A stretch of DNA of 64,000 nt. It comes from Macrostomum lignano (Eukaryota). The stretch is from contig NIVC01000506.1 of assembly GCA_002269645.1 (NCBI GenBank), positions 248,001-312,000 on the forward strand. Reading direction: 5' to 3'. The number at the start of each line of letters is the position of its first letter. Positions within the stretch are counted from its first letter, which is position 1. This document shows positions 62,690 to 64,000 of this stretch, piece by piece. Under the pieces are notes generated by a model. It was not told the origin of the DNA and did no database searches. It was given only the letters and a program-made list of their open reading frames with translations. The position numbers and the translations under genes are program-made.

Positions 62690-64000
62690 ATTTTAATCAG
62701 GCAATAAACACCCAGTTTTAGCCTTTTGAACTCTTATTGCACTCTAACTAGCCTACTGAGTTAGTAGAAAGTTAAGCACCAGCACAACAATTCTTGAATG
62801 ACTTTTTCGCAACTCTTACAATTCTACAACTTATGTGATACAATTGTAATGCAACAGTTGCCTCTCTGTTGCATTTGACATGTTTGAGTTGTTATTATTG
62901 TTCAAGTTTATCAAAGCATACTTAAAAACCATAAATGAATTCTATGGAACTTTTATAAAAGATTTTGTTTTGAAATTGATGTCTCTTTTGCATTATTATC
63001 ATTATCACCCTGTTTTACCAACAAAACAAAAAATTGACAATTTATAGTTTGAAAAATCATTGTATGTATTATGGTTAGGCCTAAAGTGAATATTTATATA
63101 CTTAATATATAATTACTGATATTTTAGTTTGAAATGAATTTTATATGATTTTTAAAATAAACAAAGAAAAAATATTATACAAAAATTAAGATAAGCATCT
63201 ATAGAAAATGTACTTTACTATACAATCATTGCTCAAACATATGCAACAACTAGCTGACCTAGCATAAATTAGGATAGACTAAGGTAGCCTAAGTTGCAAA
63301 TTGATGCTTTTGACAAATTTTAAAGCCTAATTAAGCATTTTGACTTGTTTTGGATAATTTTAAAGCTATGTTGCATTTGTCAATCAATTCAAAACTCAAT
63401 AATATATTTCAAAGGTTGTGAATGTATATCATTACTATCATAATAAATAAATAAAAGAAAAAAGAAGTTTGGTCATTTGTATTAACTATAATATAATTTA
63501 TTTGTCAATAAGCTATTTCATGTATAATAAAATAGATTTTTTTAAATCTTCATAGAAATGATCACTTTATAAAAAGAAAATTTGGTAAAGGGCCTATTAA
63601 CTTATTTATAAAGTGGAGGATAGAGTTCAAGTAACCTGTTTATAGTAATATTAAGATATTAAAATATTAAATACTAAGAAGTTAGGTTTGGCAAAAAGTG
63701 ACAAAAGTCATACTTAGGATAAGGAAGAATAAGCAAAGGGAATAATTGGGAATATTATATCAACTTAAGCTTATAAGGTAAAGTCATTTGCCAAACCTAG
63801 CTTCCTAATATCATTTGTATATATAAATTATTTGGGCTTTATTTAATGAGCTCAAGTTGACATTAATAAGCTTTTTTACTTGCCAAATAAAGTCACTTAC
63901 ATTATAAGATTGGTCAATTAAAAAGCTATAAAAGTTTGTATCTTGGCTTCTCAATACTTTTATAAGCTACCTAAATCTAATGCCTAAATCTAGGCCTAAT

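Noticed and set aside
62700-64000. AT-rich terminal region
   Set aside because: No ORF, repeat unit or element boundary could be supported.

Overview
Eukaryotic (animal) genomic DNA with GT-AG introns and GC3-rich exons. Nearly every intron carries its own minisatellite. The style suggests the flatworm Macrostomum, but that is an inference. Genes, in order: (1) the 3' part of a giant repetitive + strand gene (open from base 1, >=3808 aa) containing an in-frame 51-bp coding array with higher-order structure; (2) the 3' exons of a single-pass adhesion-type receptor ending -IIYEVVV (-); (3) a LicD/fukutin-family protein whose catalytic DxD is replaced by SxS (-); (4) a DEG/ENaC pseudogene missing its whole ectodomain (-); (5) a divergent AGC-like Ser/Thr kinase (+); (6) an orphan secreted or GPI-like protein (-); and (7-9) a co-oriented trio of RNA-processing genes, CCDC59/Fyv7-like, PATL1 and DHX8/PRP22 (all -), which may form an operon. 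The window also holds about 25 tandem-repeat arrays, nested MITEs, a tRNA-derived SINE with a TSD, and a roughly 6.7-kb mosaic of mariner, P-element-like and PWWP fragments in DHX8 intron 4. Exon models were assembled by hand, checking splice dinucleotides and phase. Family calls rest on recognised motifs; no database search was run.
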